This document shows positions 10,790 through 23,977 of a DNA stretch of 64,000 bases, piece by piece. The stretch comes from Cyanophora paradoxa CCMP329 (taxonomy: Eukaryota > Plantae > Glaucophyta): contig QPMI01000515.1 of assembly GCA_004431415.1 (NCBI GenBank), forward strand, positions 186,001 through 250,000, given 5' to 3'. How positions within the stretch are numbered: position 1 is the first letter of the stretch; each line of letters starts with the position of its first letter. The notes below the pieces were generated by a model. It saw only the letters and a list, made by a program, of their open reading frames with translations. It ran no database searches and was not told the DNA's origin. The translations under genes were made by a program, and so were the position numbers.

Positions 10790-13281
10790 AGCCCGGCCGC
10801 CCGCCTCACCTTCCGTTCGGCCCGCAGCGCTCGCAGGGAGTCCCTCAGTACCCCCTCCCGAGCCGCGTCGCGCGTACCCCCCAGCTCCCGCAGCCGCGCG
10901 TCGATCAGCACCCCGTAGAACCCGACCTGGCGTACCCCCCTGCGTCGGAGCGGGGATGGAAGGGGCGGGGGGTACGCGGACCGCGGCGTGGGCGAGCTGT
11001 TGGGCCTCGTCGGGCGCTGGAGCCCCCTCCGCGAGGGCGCGCAGGACGCCGATCGCCCCGCGGACGCGCCGCTCGTGCTCCTCAGCGCTGAGTGATCCCG
11101 AGACCCGAAGGCACTCGGCTGCGCAGAGTCAGACCGGATGGCGAGCCAAGCGAGCGAGCGGGAGGAGGGGAGAACCCGCCTCCGAGCACGCGGGCGCTGG
11201 CTGCGAGGGCGGCGGCGCCGCGCCACGCGCCCCCGCCGGCCTCGCGCCGGCCGACGGCGCCCGCTATCTTTGCCGCCCGCTCCGCAAAGCCCGCGGCCCG
11301 CGCCGCCTCGGGGCCCGAGCCGCGGCCCCCGCGGAACAGCGCCTGCGCCATCAGAAAGGCCGCCTCTGCGTACTCGAACCTGCGGCCGGCTGCGGGTCAG
11401 CCCGGGCGGCCGGCCGCGGCGGGCTCCTAGGAGTGCTGGCGCCCGCACCGCCGCACGAGGGACGGCTCGCGCGCCGCCTCCTCCAGCGCGGCGGACAGGA
11501 CCCGCTCGGCCTCCCTGTACCCCACTCAGGGGGGTACGCCTCCCTTGGGCCCGGGCGGGGGGTACCGGTGGTCCCGGAGGGCGAGGGCGTGGCGGGCGTA
11601 CGCGACTCCCGCCGCGAGGCGCGCCGGCGGCCCCGTCGCCTCCGCGAGCTGCGCGGCGGGTCGGGCCGGGCCGGTCGGGCAGGTCGGGCCGGTCGGGGGC
11701 GGCGGGGCGCTGACTTCGCTGCGGAGCCGCAGGGCCCGCTCGGCCTGATCTCGCCCCGCCTCGGCCCGGGCGTGCCCGCGCCTGTCGCCGGAGCGCGCGT
11801 GCAGCTCCGCTTCCGCCCTGCCGCGCGCCGGCGGCGTGGGTCTCGGCGGGGGCGGCCGCGGCGGGCGGGGCGGGGCGGCCGGGGCGGGGCGGGGGGAGGG
11901 GGGGTACCGGAAAGCGTCCCGCGCTTCGGCGTACTCCCGCAGCAGGAGGAGCAGACCGCCCTGCGCCTTCGGCGGTCAAAGGCCCAAGGGGTGGAGCGGA
12001 AGGGGGGTACGCGCCTCGACGGAGCAGGCCCTACCCAGGAGCGACTGGGCCTCCTCGGGGGGGTACGGCGGGTCCGGGGCGCGCTCCAGAGCGGCCAGCT
12101 CGTCGCGGACGGCGCGCAGGGGTACCAGCGCCTCCCGCGCGGCGCGGGCCGGGCCGTCCCCCGCCGGGAGCCCCCCTCGAGCCCGCCTGCCGGCCGGTCA
12201 GACTCGATCCGAAGGGGCGGCGCGGGCGGCGCGGCGCGGCGCACACGCGTACTCCCGAGCGAGCGCCGCGCGGTCGAGGGCGGCGCGGTGCGCGCGCAAG
12301 CGGCGCTCGCCGTCATCCTGGACCCCCTGCACCTGCGCATGCCCCAGGGCGGCGGCGTCGGCGGCGGCAGGGCGGGGCGGGGCGGGCGGGGCGGGGGCGG
12401 GGGCGCACCAGGCGTTCCCTGCCCTCCAGGACGCCCCCGGCGAGCCGGAGGAGTTCCGGTGCGAGCTCGTCGCGCGGGGCGCCGGCGTGGAGGCGCCGGC
12501 TGCGGTCGGGCCCGCAAAGAGCCTGCGCGCGCCGCGCCCCGGGGCAGGCCCGCAGTGAGCGAACGAGCGTCGCGAGCCCGGCCCCGCCGCGCTCGACGCG
12601 GCCGGAGGCCTAGGCTTAGGGCGCCCGGCCGCACGCACCGCAGCGCGGAGAGCCAGCCGAGGAGGAAGAGGCAGAGGCGGTGGAGCGCGTACTCGACGAG
12701 GCCGCGCGCCTCCGCCCCGCGCGCCTCGTCGGCCGCCGCGACCGCCGCCCACCCGAGCGCCAGCGCCCGCCCGCAGTCGACGTCCCGCCGCGCCGCCGCC
12801 TTCGCGCCCCCCGCGAGCTCATCCATCGCGTCGCACCTGCGCGGGCGCGCGCCGCCGGTCAGCTCCGGCGAGGCGTGCGCGAGCGCGCGGCTCGGCGGCG
12901 ACGCGCACAGACAGCACACGCGCATGTCCCGGTCTCCCGCGGCCTTGTACTGCTGCGCGGCGCGCCTGTAGAGGCGGGCGGACTGCCTGCATGCCCGCGA
13001 TCCCATTCGAATCTCAGAGCGCCAGGGCGCACTGCAGCAGCTGGGCTGAGCGGCCGCGTAGCGCACCTGTGCATCTCGCTCTCTGAAGCTTCCCTCGCGC
13101 TCTCTACGATCTCCTGGGCTTCGCTGAGGGATCTGGCTCTCGCTCCGGTGCTCGAAGGGCCCGATCGCCTCGCCCGCTCCTCCTCGGCGCCGAGGAAGTT
13201 CCTGCTTGCGACTGGGCGCTTTGCAACGGCGCCCGCCTGCGGCACGCGGCCCGAGTCGACGCGTTCTCCCGCCCCGCGCAT
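9994..13281 (-). CDS. Multi-exon hypothetical alpha-helical protein
   Basis: Coherent exon peptides (SARLYRRAAQQYKAAGDRDM; GLVEYALHRLCLFLLGWLSAL; VGFYGVLIDARLRELGG) separated by C-rich introns. No family recognised; both ends are approximate. Confidence 0.5.
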
Positions 13282-13614
13282 GCGCCGGGCCGAGTTCGCG
13301 CCACCTAGATCAGCGCCGCCTAGATCAGGACCGCCGATCAGGGTCGCGCGTAGCGCTTGCTGCGCTTCGCTCGACGCACCCGGCCGCGGGGCCCATTCCA
13401 GCTGCGCCGGCGTTCGAATTCCGAGGTTCTCGGGGTACCGATATCACCCGGTGGGGGGAGAAGAAATCAAGCCGGCCAGCTGCGGCGTGCGCGCATCGCC
13501 GGCCCGCCGCCGTCGAGTTGCAGGCCAGGTTCGTCGATGTGGCGACATGCTTCGAATTCAAGATCTCGCGCGCGCGGCGCTGCCTGATTTCGAATTTTAA
13601 AAGTTTCGCGCAGA

Positions 13615-16600
13615 ATGGATCCGGAGCTCGAGGAGAAGAAAGCGCGAAGGAAGAACAAGAATGCGAAGGATCCGGAGGAGCCGGGGAAGGAGCGCGTGAG
13701 CCGGAAGAGCTCGAGAGGCTCGGGCGTCGATTTCCGCCTCGTCTCAGAGCCCGCCCCGCTGGAGGTTTCTCTTTCTCGCGCAATTCGTCGTTCGACGAGC
13801 TCGAGGATGGAGCCCGCGGCCGTTTTCGTGCAGGAGCCCGCGACTGCAGCCCGTCGCAAGCCGGGCGCAGATTTTGCAGCGCGCCCTGGCAAGAATTGCG
13901 GCTCTGCAGGTGCTGCTGTTCATTTCGCGACCCACCTTCGTTCATCATCGCTCTAACACTGCTAATCGCAGATCTAGATTCCATCGAGACCTCGAGCCCG
14001 CAATTGCGAACGAGTACGCGCGGCAAAGCTCGGCGCTCGACGGAGCACGGAGAAGCGCTTCTCGCAGGCCACGTCCAGCCGCAGCTGCAGCCGCAGCCGC
14101 AGCCGCAGCGGCGGCCTTCTACAGCGAAGCCGCCTCTGGCTTTCGGCTGCCGCGTCGACGTCCCGAGCTCCCGGCAGAGCTCAGGCGCGTCGACAACCCA
14201 GATGCATGCGCAGCTGCAACCGTTGACGTCGTCCCCGTTCGCTTCGCCTCGAGCAGCTTCATCGATATCGGCGCCGATGCGGAGGGCTTGGCTCGATTCC
14301 GAGAGGTCGCCACTGAGCCCGGATCCGGAGCCAGCGCTTGGCTGTAGCGGCGGCTCCCGCCGGCAGCGGAGCGGCCGGTCGCGATCGCGATCGCGAGGCG
14401 AACTGGCCGCGGCCGCGGCCGATCACGATCACGATATCTGTCGCGAAGAGCTGCTTCTTTCGCAGATCGCCGAACTGCGCGAAAGCAACGAGGTAATCAA
14501 ACGCAGTTGTACTGCAGACGATCGACTCAAATGTTTGATTTACACGCTGCCCAATTTCGCAGAGCATGGCGAAAACGCTGGAGAGCGCTGTCAAGGTGCG
14601 GGATTAATTTTCGCACACATTAATATTGCCCCTCTATGTACCCTTCAATAATAACGCGCGCGCCAACTCTTAATTCTCGGCTGCAAAACAAGGACGCGGA
14701 GCAGGCTCGCAAGGTGCGAAAACAGACGAGAATCGAAATCGCGACGCGACGTCGACCCATCGTCGATCTCCTGGAGCTCCGGATCCAACTCACGCACATT
14801 TCTGATGACCGACGCAACGCCCCGAAACTCGCGCAGGACGCGGAGGGGTCGGAGCAGCTCGTGCAGTACGCGTTCAAGACGGAGGAGCGCCGAATCGGGC
14901 AGCGCGTTCAAGAGGCCCTCGCCGTCGCCCGGCTGCAGCTGCAGGTCCGTGTTCTTTAATTTTCAGGATATACATCGATCCCAGATCGATCGCGTCCTAT
15001 AGCTACATATTCAATCAAAATTAATATTCGCGCCCGTCGTCTTCAAGTACATCTAGCTTAGTAGTGGCCATGGCCAGGGGCGCTGTGTAGAGATAACGAT
15101 AACTGGATCTCCGGAATAATTCTCACGGCTTCTTCCTGATTCTAGCAATTCTTCGAATTCATATCACGGCTCACTCTTGATCAGAGTGGGAACGTGGGCG
15201 CTGCAGCTGGCGCCGGCGCGCCGAATTCGAAGCCTCCCGCATCCCCTTCGCGATCGATTACGGCCCTCCAGATCCGCATGCACGAGCTCGCTTCTCCGGG
15301 GGCGCACGAGGCGGATCCGGATTCGGAGCGGCAGCGCACGGCGCGGTGGGCGGCGGGGCTCCGCGCCGCCATGCGCCAGCGCGAGCTCGAGGAGACGGGG
15401 GCGGACGTAGGCGTACGCGTGGGCGATCGCGAGCCCGATCGCGATCGCGAGGTGCGCGTTTCTTCGCGGCTGTTAAGTATAATGGCCTCTAAAATCTAGA
15501 TGCTCGTGAGGCAAGCTTAAGCTTTAAGTCGACGTCATGTGAGATGACCTCGCTATCGATGGGGGCGACTCATGCGCGTGACATGCGCTATCGAATTGAT
15601 CTGCAGGGCGCCGGGTTTACATTCGAATTCAGATTAAAAAGTATTCGAATTCCGAGACGCTGCGACCGCAGATGCAGCCGATCGCCCGAGCGCGAGAGAG
15701 CACTAGAACTGTCGATCGCGACGTCGACGTACGCGTGGACTCCGTGCAGCTCGCGATCGCGAAAATCGAGGCACGCGATTATATCTCTCTCTGATTCTCG
15801 TTCGCGCTTGCAATTGCCAATAATAATCCGTGCAGCTCGCCCGGAAGCCCAACATCGAATCCGTCGAGGGCGAAGTTGTCTTCGGCGGCGAGCGCGCGCC
15901 AGGAACCCCCGCGAAAGTCGAGGCAAGCGGTTGCCTCTCGGATTCTATCCGAAAACCACTGCGCGTTCGGGCTCTGAGTCCGGATGCCTTGGTGCATGCG
16001 CAGGAATCTCCGATCGATATCGATATCGCGAAACTTGCTCCCACGTATGCAGCAGCAGCCGCAATGCAAATTTCGCGTCTTCGGTTCCCTCTTGACGCAT
16101 GGCCATCGATCCGAGCACAGATCCATCGGCCCGCGCTCGAGTTTACGGGAGCTCGCCAATTCGGATTCGTTCCTGCATGCGAACGCCGGCGCCTCAAGCG
16201 CGGAACTAGACATCAAGGCCTATGCAGAGGTCTTCGAATTCGACATTATATATTAATATTGCGGCGCATTTAATTCCTTTCGTGACTGGAAGGCGAGCTC
16301 ACTTCAAACTCAGAATCAGGCGCAGTTGCGCAACCTGCAAGAGATCGTGCGCATCCGCGCCTGCTCTATTCAAAATTTAAAGCTGCGATTGTGATTGAAA
16401 ATGCGAATTTCGCGTACGCGCACTTCTACCGTACAAATTAGAACGACGCGCGCGCGCGCGCGCGCGCAGGCCTTTCTCCGGCAAATGGCGCACTCTTCGA
16501 CGCCCGCATGCGCAGCTGCAGCCGTCCTCCCGCGCCACACCGCGGACGTCAGGGCCCGGGCCCCTCCCCTCTCTGCCGTGCACTTCGAAGCCGCCGCTGC

Positions 16601-16799
16601 CTCCCCGCTGCCTCCCCGGCCCCCGCGGGCGGCGCCGGCGCCGGCCCCAAATGCGCCATCCACCAGCAACGCGTACGTATGCGCTACAACAGCCGCAGCA
16701 GATCCCTGTGCGTTTATATATACAGCATACAATTATATTGCAACGTCGACGTTAACGCCAACGCCACCGCAGCCAGCAGCCTCGGCACCGGAATCATGA
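13615..16799 (+). CDS. Multi-exon hypothetical protein, low complexity with short coiled-coil segments
   Basis: MDPELEEKKARRK start; in-frame splicing into DLDSIETSSPQ; EELLLSQIAELRESNE; EERRIGQRVQEALAVARLQLQ. 3' end uncertain. Confidence 0.45.
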
Positions 16800-18041
16800 T
16801 CAGCAGCCATGGCCAGCTGCCGGCGCCGCTGCCGCACGCGCAGCATGCGCAGCAGGCCCCCGGCTCGCCCCTCCTCTCCGGTTTCGTGCGGCTGGGCGTC
16901 GAGTTCGCGACGCTCTGCTGCGCCCATCAGCCGACCCCGGTGCACCCCCTCGAATTCCCCTCTCCGCGGCCGCGTGCGGCCGGCGCTAGCCATATTATAT
17001 ATCGATATACAGCTTCGAATGATAAAAACCATATATGCCTTTCCAATGCCTTTGTTTCTTCTCGAACTGAACCTGGAAAGTCTAGCATCGATATCTAAGC
17101 TATTGTTTCGAAAACGCGCGTTTCAAATTAGGATATTAATATTTTGCGCTTATTAATATTCGGTATGCATGCGCAGATGGTTGCTATGCGCCGCCGCGAA
17201 TTCGAATCAGGTCCCGAGCTCGAGGGCGACCCGATCTGACCGACAAATTTCACGTAAGGAATTTTGAGCTCACGCAAGGAATTCGAAGGCGACTCTTGAT
17301 CATGAACTGTAAATCCGGATCCTTTCGCTGCAGGTCGCGCAGCGCACGTCAATTGCAAGTGCTCGTCATGATCATGCATGCGCAGCTTCGATTTCGGCGC
17401 CGGCCGGTTCTCGCAATTACTATTGCGACCGCGGACCGTCGGACGTCGACGGCACACAGTGCACGTTGGCTCTAGATCTTCCACATGCACGTGCTCTTTC
17501 TGCAGCCGGATCCGGGGGTCGAGTTGTCGACGCCGACGTCTCCTTATGGCACTCGATAATACTCCAGATATGGATCTAGATCTAGAGTAGCGCTAGCAAC
17601 CTTGAACAATCGCGAACCGAAATTCAAAAACTGCCAAGCGTAATTAATTGAGCGGTCATGTCATCATCTAAATCTAAATCTAGAGCGATCGCGATCAGAT
17701 GAGATAGCGTAGCTTCATTGCTGCCATTCTGCACTGGAGCGGTTGATTATAATATTCACAGTACCGGTGTTTATAATTTTATACCCTCTAGCAAGCCCTT
17801 CCTTCCCCATCTTTACCCCCTCCAACGGCATTATGATCATGAGCTCTAGATCTGTCGCTCGCAATTGTTCATGTTTGGTGATTGTCTAAATCTGAAGCAC
17901 GGATGCGTGATTGCAACCCGCGGTCGGCCGCTGATCTAAGAACAAACAGATCTAGATATGTATTCGCTGAAGATAAAAGGCTCGGTCAGCCCCCTGCATG
18001 CGCATGAGCTCCACGTTGCACCTACCGTAGTACTGGCCGCG

Positions 18042-18767
18042 CTACGGCATCGAATTCGGGCAATCGGCCTTGCCCGTGGCAGCCTGTCGCGCTAAAGGAG
18101 CGTCATGATCAGCTTTAAAGAAAAGGGTGCGGTTTCGAATCCACCTTGTGGTCGACTCGGCGAAAAGAGCGCCTTCGGGGAAGGCGACAGTGTAACCCGG
18201 ACTCTGGATGTACATGTTCCACATGGCGTACCGTAGTACACAACGCCGTCCTTGCTGTTGCCCGCCATCCCGCTGCTGCGCGCGGCATCAACTTTCGGAC
18301 AGAGATCTAGACCGCAGACTGGCACGAGCGCGGACCGGGCCGGGGCCGAATGAAGCCGGGCGCGGTATCGGGCAGCAGGCGAATGGTCTCGTCCGGGAGG
18401 CGGTTACCATTGCTGCGGACACGGTGAAACCAGCTGAGTCTCTTTGAATCAGCTACAAAGGGGCGCGTATGCGCAAACCTGTCGCCGAGAGTAGTAGGCG
18501 ACGATGGCAGTCAACTCCTCGGGGGGGACGGCGGCGCCGAAGGGCTGCGAATTCGAATATAGCCTCCAGAAGCTGTTTTCGTGCAGCCGGCGCCGTCACG
18601 CACAATAAGATCATTAAACTTGAACTCATGAACCTCATTAAGACCTCATGAACTTGCAATTGCTGACAACGACGACGGCGGATGACGGCGAGGCCCTTGT
18701 AGAATTCTCCGAGCATTTGCTCGTTCCGAGCGGCGAAGAATGTGATGGGCTCCTCCGTATTTTTCAT
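18042..18767 (-). CDS. Probable exons of a hypothetical gene or pseudogene
   Basis: Protein-like segments MKNTEEPITFFAARNEQMLGEFYKGL and MWNMYIQSPGYTVAFPEGALF. The full structure could not be resolved. Confidence 0.25.
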
Positions 18768-19571
18768 GATCAGGTCGATCTGATCGGACAGTATGAGGAT
18801 TTATACGTTAATGGAAGTGGATGAGTAATTATATATATAATTATGCCTTGACGATCTTAGCGGAAGAAATCGTAGGTCCGCCTCCCGGTTTAATCGCATC
18901 AAACTGCGCAGAACCTCACATCAGACTCTGAGACGACTACTCCCTACAATCGCGAGAGGGGAGACTTCTCTTCTCGTCAAGCGACGTTCAACGGTTCGAT
19001 TACTTTCAGTCCGAGTACGTATATACTGCATCGATTCCCGGTGGTCTTCCATCCCTTAACTTAAACAAGCGCGTCTCCGTGGTTCGAATGACCGACACGC
19101 TTCGAATTCTTCAGGTTTTTGTGAATTCCAGATTGCAGTCCATTCCTTTTTTCACGCTCGCCCGCTTGTTCGCAGCCGCTCTCAGTCGCTTTCTTGCAAT
19201 TGGACAACGGAAACGTGGCGCTCGTCACCTACGTGGCCCGCGGCCGCCGGGCAATAACAGCCCGTTCTTCCCCCCGAGCCTAGGCCTGCAGCAGAACGGC
19301 CCAGCGTTTAAAATTTGATTTCGATCAATATCAAGCGTACATCGCGAAGCTCCCTCGGTAAGTCTCTATCATCGTTTTGTAATTGTCCGGATTCGGTTTC
19401 TGAGACAGCCGTGCGCACGCCTCAGGTATACGTCTTTCGAGCCCGACGCGTGCACGTGGTAAACCGAACGCAAGTGGGGCATGGAAGGCAGGGGTATACG
19501 TATTTGTCAGTGTAGTGGGTGCACGTGGAGAGGGTCGGGAGGGGTGGGGGGGGAGGGGGGGGGGAGGGCGG

Positions 19572-19792
19572 GGCTCGCTGGTTTGGTTGTCCCGCCTCGC
19601 TCGCCCCTGGTTTTGTAGTGGGTGGAGAGGATCGGGAAGGGGTGGGGGGGGGAGGGGGGGGGGAGGGTGAGGGAGGGGGGGGGCAGGGGGGGGGGCAGGG
19701 GGGGGGAGGGCGGGTCTCGCTGGTTTGGTTGTCCCGCCTCGCTCGCCCCCTGGTTTTGTTGTCCGCCCGTTGGTATGGTTGTCCCGCCTCCC
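19572..19792. repeat. Short dispersed direct repeats separated by G-tracts
   Basis: CTCGCTGGTTTGGTTGTCCCGCCTCGCTCGCCCC at ~19574 and ~19716, with a partial third copy at ~19777. Confidence 0.7.
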
Positions 19793-19869
19793 GAGAACCG
19801 CCTCCTCGAGTAGCCTTCCGCCCTGCGCCGTCTGTCCGCGATGCGAGCCTGTCCGCGGGGGAGGCGGAT

Positions 19870-20169
19870 CGGAGCTGCACGCGCGCACGGGCGACGGGCG
19901 CGGGCGCGCCCGGGCCGAGGCGGGGCGAGATCGGGCCGAGCGGGCCCTGCGGCTCCGCAGCGAAGTCAGCGCCCCGCCGCCCCTGCCGCGCCCGCCCGCG
20001 CCCGACCGACCCAACCGGCTCGGCTTGGGCGGTGCGTTCGCCAGCACTTCTAGGAGCCCGCCGCGGCCGGCCGCCCGGGCCGACCCGCCGGCCGCAGGTT
20101 CGAGTACGCGGAGGTGGCCTTTCTGATGGCGCAGGCGCTGCTCCGCGGGGCCCGGGGGCCGCGGCTCGG
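19870..20169 (+). pseudogene. Inverted, diverged fragment of the 9994-13281 gene
   Basis: 19870-19977 is the reverse complement of ~11701-11809, and ~20043-20169 of ~11316-11437. It includes exon and intron sequence and lacks the intervening exon. Confidence 0.75.
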
Positions 20170-20989
20170 CGCGGGCCCCGAACATTAATTCAAAGAGCCA
20201 AATTAAAACCGACAACGTCAACAGGAAAAGAGCTCTAGATCTCGAGAGATACATGTACGTACAGACCAGGCCGGGGCGGACAGACCGCCGCGGTGGGGGC
20301 CCATCATGCTCATTGGCCGCGGCGGGGGGGAGGCGGTCGTCAGGAGGCTGGAAGCCTCCCCCTCCTCCCCCCGCGGGGGACGCGCCACTGGAACCTCCCC
20401 CCCCGGCCCGCCGACCGCGGCCGCCCGACCCGGTCCTCCCCCGCCCTCCCTCACCGCCCCACGCCCGCCCGTTCAGTACCCCTCTGCTCCCTCCCTTCCA
20501 GCCCAACGCCTTCCCGATCCTCTGAGCCCGGCGGCTCTACCAGCTGCAGGCCCGCTCCCGGACGAGCGCCCCCACCCCCGAGCCCGCCGCGCCGGTGACA
20601 CGGCGGGCCGTACTTTATATTAGCGTGTACAGAGTGGCTTAGTTTACAGCGCGCCTTCCCGGAGGCCATAACTTGCTAGGAATAGTCACAGCTGCAGTCT
20701 TCTCGTCATCCGCTTCTACTTGCAATTGTTAGACTTTGCTATCCGGATCCCCTCGTCCTTGGGTAGGCATTCCCTCCTCGCGCAGGACCTCCCCTGTACT
20801 GCAGCACTAGACCTAGCCCCGGCCATATATATATATATACGCCTTCTATAGCTAGCTGATCCTAGCTCTGCTGTTAGCTCCGGAGTCCGGATGTAGTACG
20901 CGTGAGCCTCCGTCTCGCTCGATCGTCGCGATCGTCTAGATCTTCGTCTAGATCTGTTCATGTTGGTCACCGGGTGCTGCTGCCTCGTC

Positions 20990-21660
20990 TTTTGTCCCTG
21001 CAGCTGTGTCGACGTCTGCTAATTTTAGTGACTTATTAGCAGAACTCTAGCAGAACTCTAGACCTGGCCCAGTGCGTGTCGTCTCTTGCAATTGTCCCTG
21101 TGTCGACGTCTGCTAATTTTAGTGCGACTGCGAAAAAAAATTGAACTCTAGACCTGGGTCTTCCGAGTTCGACTGAAGTTCCTCGTGCTCGTTCTCCCGG
21201 AGTCCTTATTTCCTGCGCATGCGTCCCCGTGCTCCTCGTCGTTCTAGTACTAGTGTGACTGCTAGCGCTGCGTCGACGTCCTTGAGCTCTTCTCCTCGTG
21301 GCCATGGTCGTTCTCCTTAAGCTTATCCTTCAAGGCTTTGCGTTAACGTTCTTATTATTACGATCGTGTCCCTTATAATTATCTTGATCCCTCTTGATTA
21401 TGTGTTTTGTAACTGTCTGCTGCGACTACGTCTTCTAGTTCTGCTGTTAGCTCTATCTTGTCGTCTTCGTCTAGATCTTCGTCTTCGACTGTAGTTCCTC
21501 GTGCTCGTTCTCCTTATTCGCTGCGTCCCCGTGCTCCTCGTACCCGATCGTCGTTCTAGTGTGACTAGTACTTCGAATTCTGCGTCGACGTCCTTGAGCT
21601 CTTCTACTCCTTCTCCTCGTGCTCGTTCTCCTTATCTTTTGCGTTCTTCTAGATCTGATC
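20990..21660. repeat. Pyrimidine-skewed degenerate direct repeats (probable TE 3' region, interrupted by the LTR element and resuming at 26594)
   Basis: TGTGTCGACGTCTGCTAATTTTAGTG occurs twice. GTTCCTCGTGCTCGTTCTCC and CTGCGTCGACGTCCTTGAGCTCTTCT repeat about 315 bp apart. ATCGTGTCCCTT at ~21363 recurs at 26589. Confidence 0.55.
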
Positions 21661-21662
21661 GT

Positions 21663-21967
21663 TGTCGACGTCGCATGCATGATTATCGTGCATGCGGAGC
21701 TAGATAGTGCAGCCTTCGTGCTGCTAGTTGCTAGTGCAGCCTACGTGCTGCTAGGGCCGACGTCGGCGTCAGTACGCCTCGGCCACCGCTTATTATAGCT
21801 ACTACGGGTACGCCGGGCCTGTCCGGGTACAGATCACTCATAGGGATACACTGTTCTAGGGAATACTACAGAGCGATAGCGATCCCTCGCGATCCCAAGC
21901 GCCCCGCCGAGCCCAGGGTCGGCAGGTCGCATCCCCGCGTGCTTGCACACTAATCCCGCACGCGACA
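21663..21967 (+). repeat. 5' LTR (305 bp)
   Basis: Matches the 3' LTR by eye except for a 6-bp ACGTCG insertion near the start. Confidence 0.93.
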
Positions 21968-21986
21968 GGCGCCCCCTGCCGGGAAT
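21968..21986 (+). promoter_or_regulatory. Primer-binding site (complement of a tRNA 3' end, Asp-like)
   Basis: GGCGCCCCCTGCCGGGAAT directly follows the LTR. Its reverse complement ATTCCCGGCAGGGGGCGCC resembles a T-arm plus acceptor strand and CC(A), one base longer than canonical. Confidence 0.65.
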
Positions 21987-22438
21987 AAAATCTTGAAGGG
22001 TCAAGGTCCGATCGCTGCGCCCCCGGCCTCGCCGTGCGTGCGCCGCGTCGCCAGTAGTGCGTAGTGTGTGTCTGCATCAGCCCACAGTACGCGCGAGCTC
22101 AGACTCAAGCGGAAAAGTGGGAGCCGCGGTCGGTCCGGAACTGCCACCGGATCGGTCCTGCGCGCTGCATCCGAGTTCGGTCCGGAACTGCCAACGGATC
22201 GTTCTCGTGCCTGATCGCTCGCCGGCCTCGCGCCGAGCCGCCGAAGTTCCCCCGCAAGGGCAACTTTGAGCAATCGCCGATCCTAAGCCCGAGGGCCTGG
22301 GTTGAGCACCGGTGTGTTGCATAAGCAGCATATCGTCGCCTGTGAAGTCGGAATCTCGCGGTTCGCGCGAGATCCGGCATCAAAAGAGCTTCGCGCTCAA
22401 ATTTGATCTGTATTGAAAGTGGTCTTGGAGTGCCCGCC

Positions 22439-23977
22439 ATGTCGCGGCTCCCAATGACTGTCACTGCGAGCATGCGCGAGTACATGATCGCCTCCAATGC
22501 GATCGCTCCGGACCCTGGCATGTCCGTCCAGCAGCTCACTGCTGATCATGAGGCGCCGGCACGCGACGAGAAAGGGCACCTTATTGTGTCCCTGCTTCCT
22601 GCGCGGCCCACGCTGCAGGAAGTGGACGCTTGGCTCGGCCAGATTGGCAACAGTGCGTCTCAGACGACGAAGTATGCCACCGAGCCCGAGCCGGGACCCC
22701 AGGGCCCGAACTTCGCTAAGGTTGAGGCCCTCGCGGGCCACATGCTTAGCAACATGAGCCGCGGGCCGATCTCCGACCTGATCGTGCGCCGCCGCGGGCA
22801 CCTTGACTCGCTCAAGGCTACGCTCGCGGAGAAGAGCGCCCGTGTAGCCGTGCTGGAAGCCCTCGATGCGGAGGCGCGCACGAACGAGACCGACGGTGAA
22901 CTGCTCCTCCTGAAGGACACGATCCGCCGCGTCGAGGCGGAGTACAACGCCGGCCGGGACACGTACATGCGTGCGCCAGGCCTCAAGGCTTTCATTCTGG
23001 CGGCCGCCGCGAAGGGCCTGCCGTTTGAGTCTGAGAAGGCGATCCTGGCCCCGTTCACCGGCGAGGACCCGCTGACGTGGCTCAACTGGATCAATCCGTA
23101 CCTCTGGCACACGTTGCCGCAGGGGAAGACGTACGCGGAGCACCTGCTCCACGTGCTCGAGAACGCTCTCGTGCGGCGTAAGACGGGCAACGACCCGCAG
23201 TACCGGAACTTCGATGTCCGGTCCTCAACAGCGGCTGAGCGCAATCAGTACACGATGGAGCGCTTCCGCGACGAGCTGCAGGCTCAGATCGCACGCCAGG
23301 GCGCCGCCCTCACGCCCCTTGGGGTTGAAGACGTGCTTGAGCGCATCTGCGAGCGGCACGGGCGCTATGACATCAGCCTGCAGGTGCCCGCGGCCCGTGG
23401 CCCGGAGCCCGAGGCGAAGCGCGCCAGGGGAGCCTCCGGCTATAAAGCCCCCTCATATGCTGATGACGGGGACGCTGTGCCAGTCAAGGCATTGGAGCCC
23501 GCCGCTGGAGCTGTCCCTCGGCCTGCCTCTCGGCCGGCAGCTGAGCGCCGGACTGGGCCCCTTGTCTCTGCACATGGGTCCTCATGGGCCGTGCAGTCCC
23601 ACTCGCCAGACGCCCTTGCTGCTGTGATGCAGCGCATGGCCGAGCTTGGGTACCCTCAGTACCCTCCCTCTGAGTGCTGGAACTGCGCTGGCGACCCTAG
23701 CGTCCCAGCATCGAAGCGCCTTCACTGGGCTTTCATTTGCCCAAAGCGCCCCCCGCACGCTCCCCGCAACCGTTGGGTGCGGAATAGCAGGGCAGATGCT
23801 GCGGCTGACTCATACGATGATGCGTATGAGTACGAAGATGGGGAAGATTATGTAGATGAGAGCGAGGTCTGCGGTCGCTGCGGCGAAACCGGGCACCACC
23901 ACAGTGCCTGCCAGGACCCGCCGACTCGTGCTAAGGGCAAGGCCCCCACGGCCCTGCCTGCCCCTGCGGCCGAGTAA
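22439..23977 (+). CDS. gag: Retrotransposon Gag-like protein with two zinc knuckles
   Basis: Intronless ~510-aa ORF inside the LTRs. CGRCGETGHHHSAC is a CX2CX4HX4C knuckle; CWNC...HWAFIC is an extended knuckle. Confidence 0.85.
   Translation: MSRLPMTVTASMREYMIASNAIAPDPGMSVQQLTADHEAPARDEKGHLIVSLLPARPTLQEVDAWLGQIGNSASQTTKYATEPEPGPQGPNFAKVEALAGHMLSNMSRGPISDLIVRRRGHLDSLKATLAEKSARVAVLEALDAEARTNETDGELLLLKDTIRRVEAEYNAGRDTYMRAPGLKAFILAAAAKGLPFESEKAILAPFTGEDPLTWLNWINPYLWHTLPQGKTYAEHLLHVLENALVRRKTGNDPQYRNFDVRSSTAAERNQYTMERFRDELQAQIARQGAALTPLGVEDVLERICERHGRYDISLQVPAARGPEPEAKRARGASGYKAPSYADDGDAVPVKALEPAAGAVPRPASRPAAERRTGPLVSAHGSSWAVQSHSPDALAAVMQRMAELGYPQYPPSECWNCAGDPSVPASKRLHWAFICPKRPPHAPRNRWVRNSRADAAADSYDDAYEYEDGEDYVDESEVCGRCGETGHHHSACQDPPTRAKGKAPTALPAPAAE

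Noticed and set aside
9994-13066. ORFs of 571-671 aa on both strands as single-exon genes
   Set aside because: They are Arg/Ala/Gly/Pro-rich read-through of very GC-rich exons and introns. The real gene is spliced on the minus strand.
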